From: Octopus bimaculoides
Lineage: Eukaryota
Reading direction: 5' to 3'
Assembly (NCBI RefSeq): GCF_001194135.2
Contig: NC_068995.1
Location: 58,084,987-58,148,986 of the forward strand
Length of the DNA stretch: 64,000 bases
The notes under the pieces are model-generated. The model saw only the letters and a program-made list of their open reading frames with translations, did no database searches and was not told the origin of the DNA. Shown here piece after piece: positions 63,665 to 64,000 of this stretch; positions within the stretch are counted from its first letter, which is position 1, and every line of letters begins with the position of its first letter. Both the position numbers and the translations under genes were made by a program.

Positions 63665-64000
63665 NNNNNNNNNNNNNNNNNNNNNNNNNNNNNNNNNNNN
63701 NNNNNNNNNNNNNNNNNNNNNNNNNNNNNNNNNNNNNNNNNNCTCAAAGCCAACCCCTTAAAAACGGACTAAATTATAGATCTTGATTTCGTAGTTATTT
63801 TAGTATTATACAACTTCTACTCGTCAGTATAATATGGTCCAGAAAAATAGAAATAAACAGTGAATCAACATACCAAACGAACACCGTGTATCCAGCATAG
63901 CATATAGACGACTGTTCATCGCTATTTCCCTATGTAAGTGGCGGGAATTTCAAATTGCATCTCGGTAAATATGCCTCTTACTCAGAATAAATTCAGCACT

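Noticed and set aside
63450-63991. Possible poly(A) signals ATTAAA (63450) and AATAAA (63852, near 63986)
   Set aside because: Common in AT-rich DNA and separated by a gap; cannot choose without 3'-end data.
1-64000. CRISPR arrays, rRNA, prokaryotic operons or viral genes
   Set aside because: No repeat-spacer arrays, rRNA-like sequence or dense intronless ORFs seen.

Overview
Eukaryotic, AT-rich, repeat-dense scaffold with many N gaps, mostly flanked by (TA)n. The repeat content (RTE LINEs and their tails, tRNA-derived SINEs, very large (TA)n load) suggests an octopus or other coleoid cephalopod; this is inference. One protein-coding gene can be rebuilt by hand from splice sites and phases: TYSND1 (peroxisomal leader-peptide-processing serine protease), + strand, ATG 25146 to TGA 63327. 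It has 9 coding exons (555 aa), or 569 aa if a candidate 42-nt micro-exon is included, with intact His/Asp/Ser motifs and a C-terminal SKL (PTS1). Its introns and upstream region hold decayed mobile elements: RTE, CR1-like, R4/Dong-like (RLE), Penelope, a Gypsy LTR element, Tc1/mariner, hAT and piggyBac MITEs, Helitron/Helentron derivatives and SINEs. A CpG-rich promoter-like block lies at about 13.3-15.6 kb and may also launch a divergent minus-strand gene. Nearly all other ORFs in the track are microsatellite, gap or TE artefacts. I found no clearly new biological system. The best leads are the unresolved exon-2/micro-exon junction, inverted repeats bracketing exons 5 and 7, two unclassified fold-back elements, and R4-like pieces nested in TAA tracts next to exon 3.
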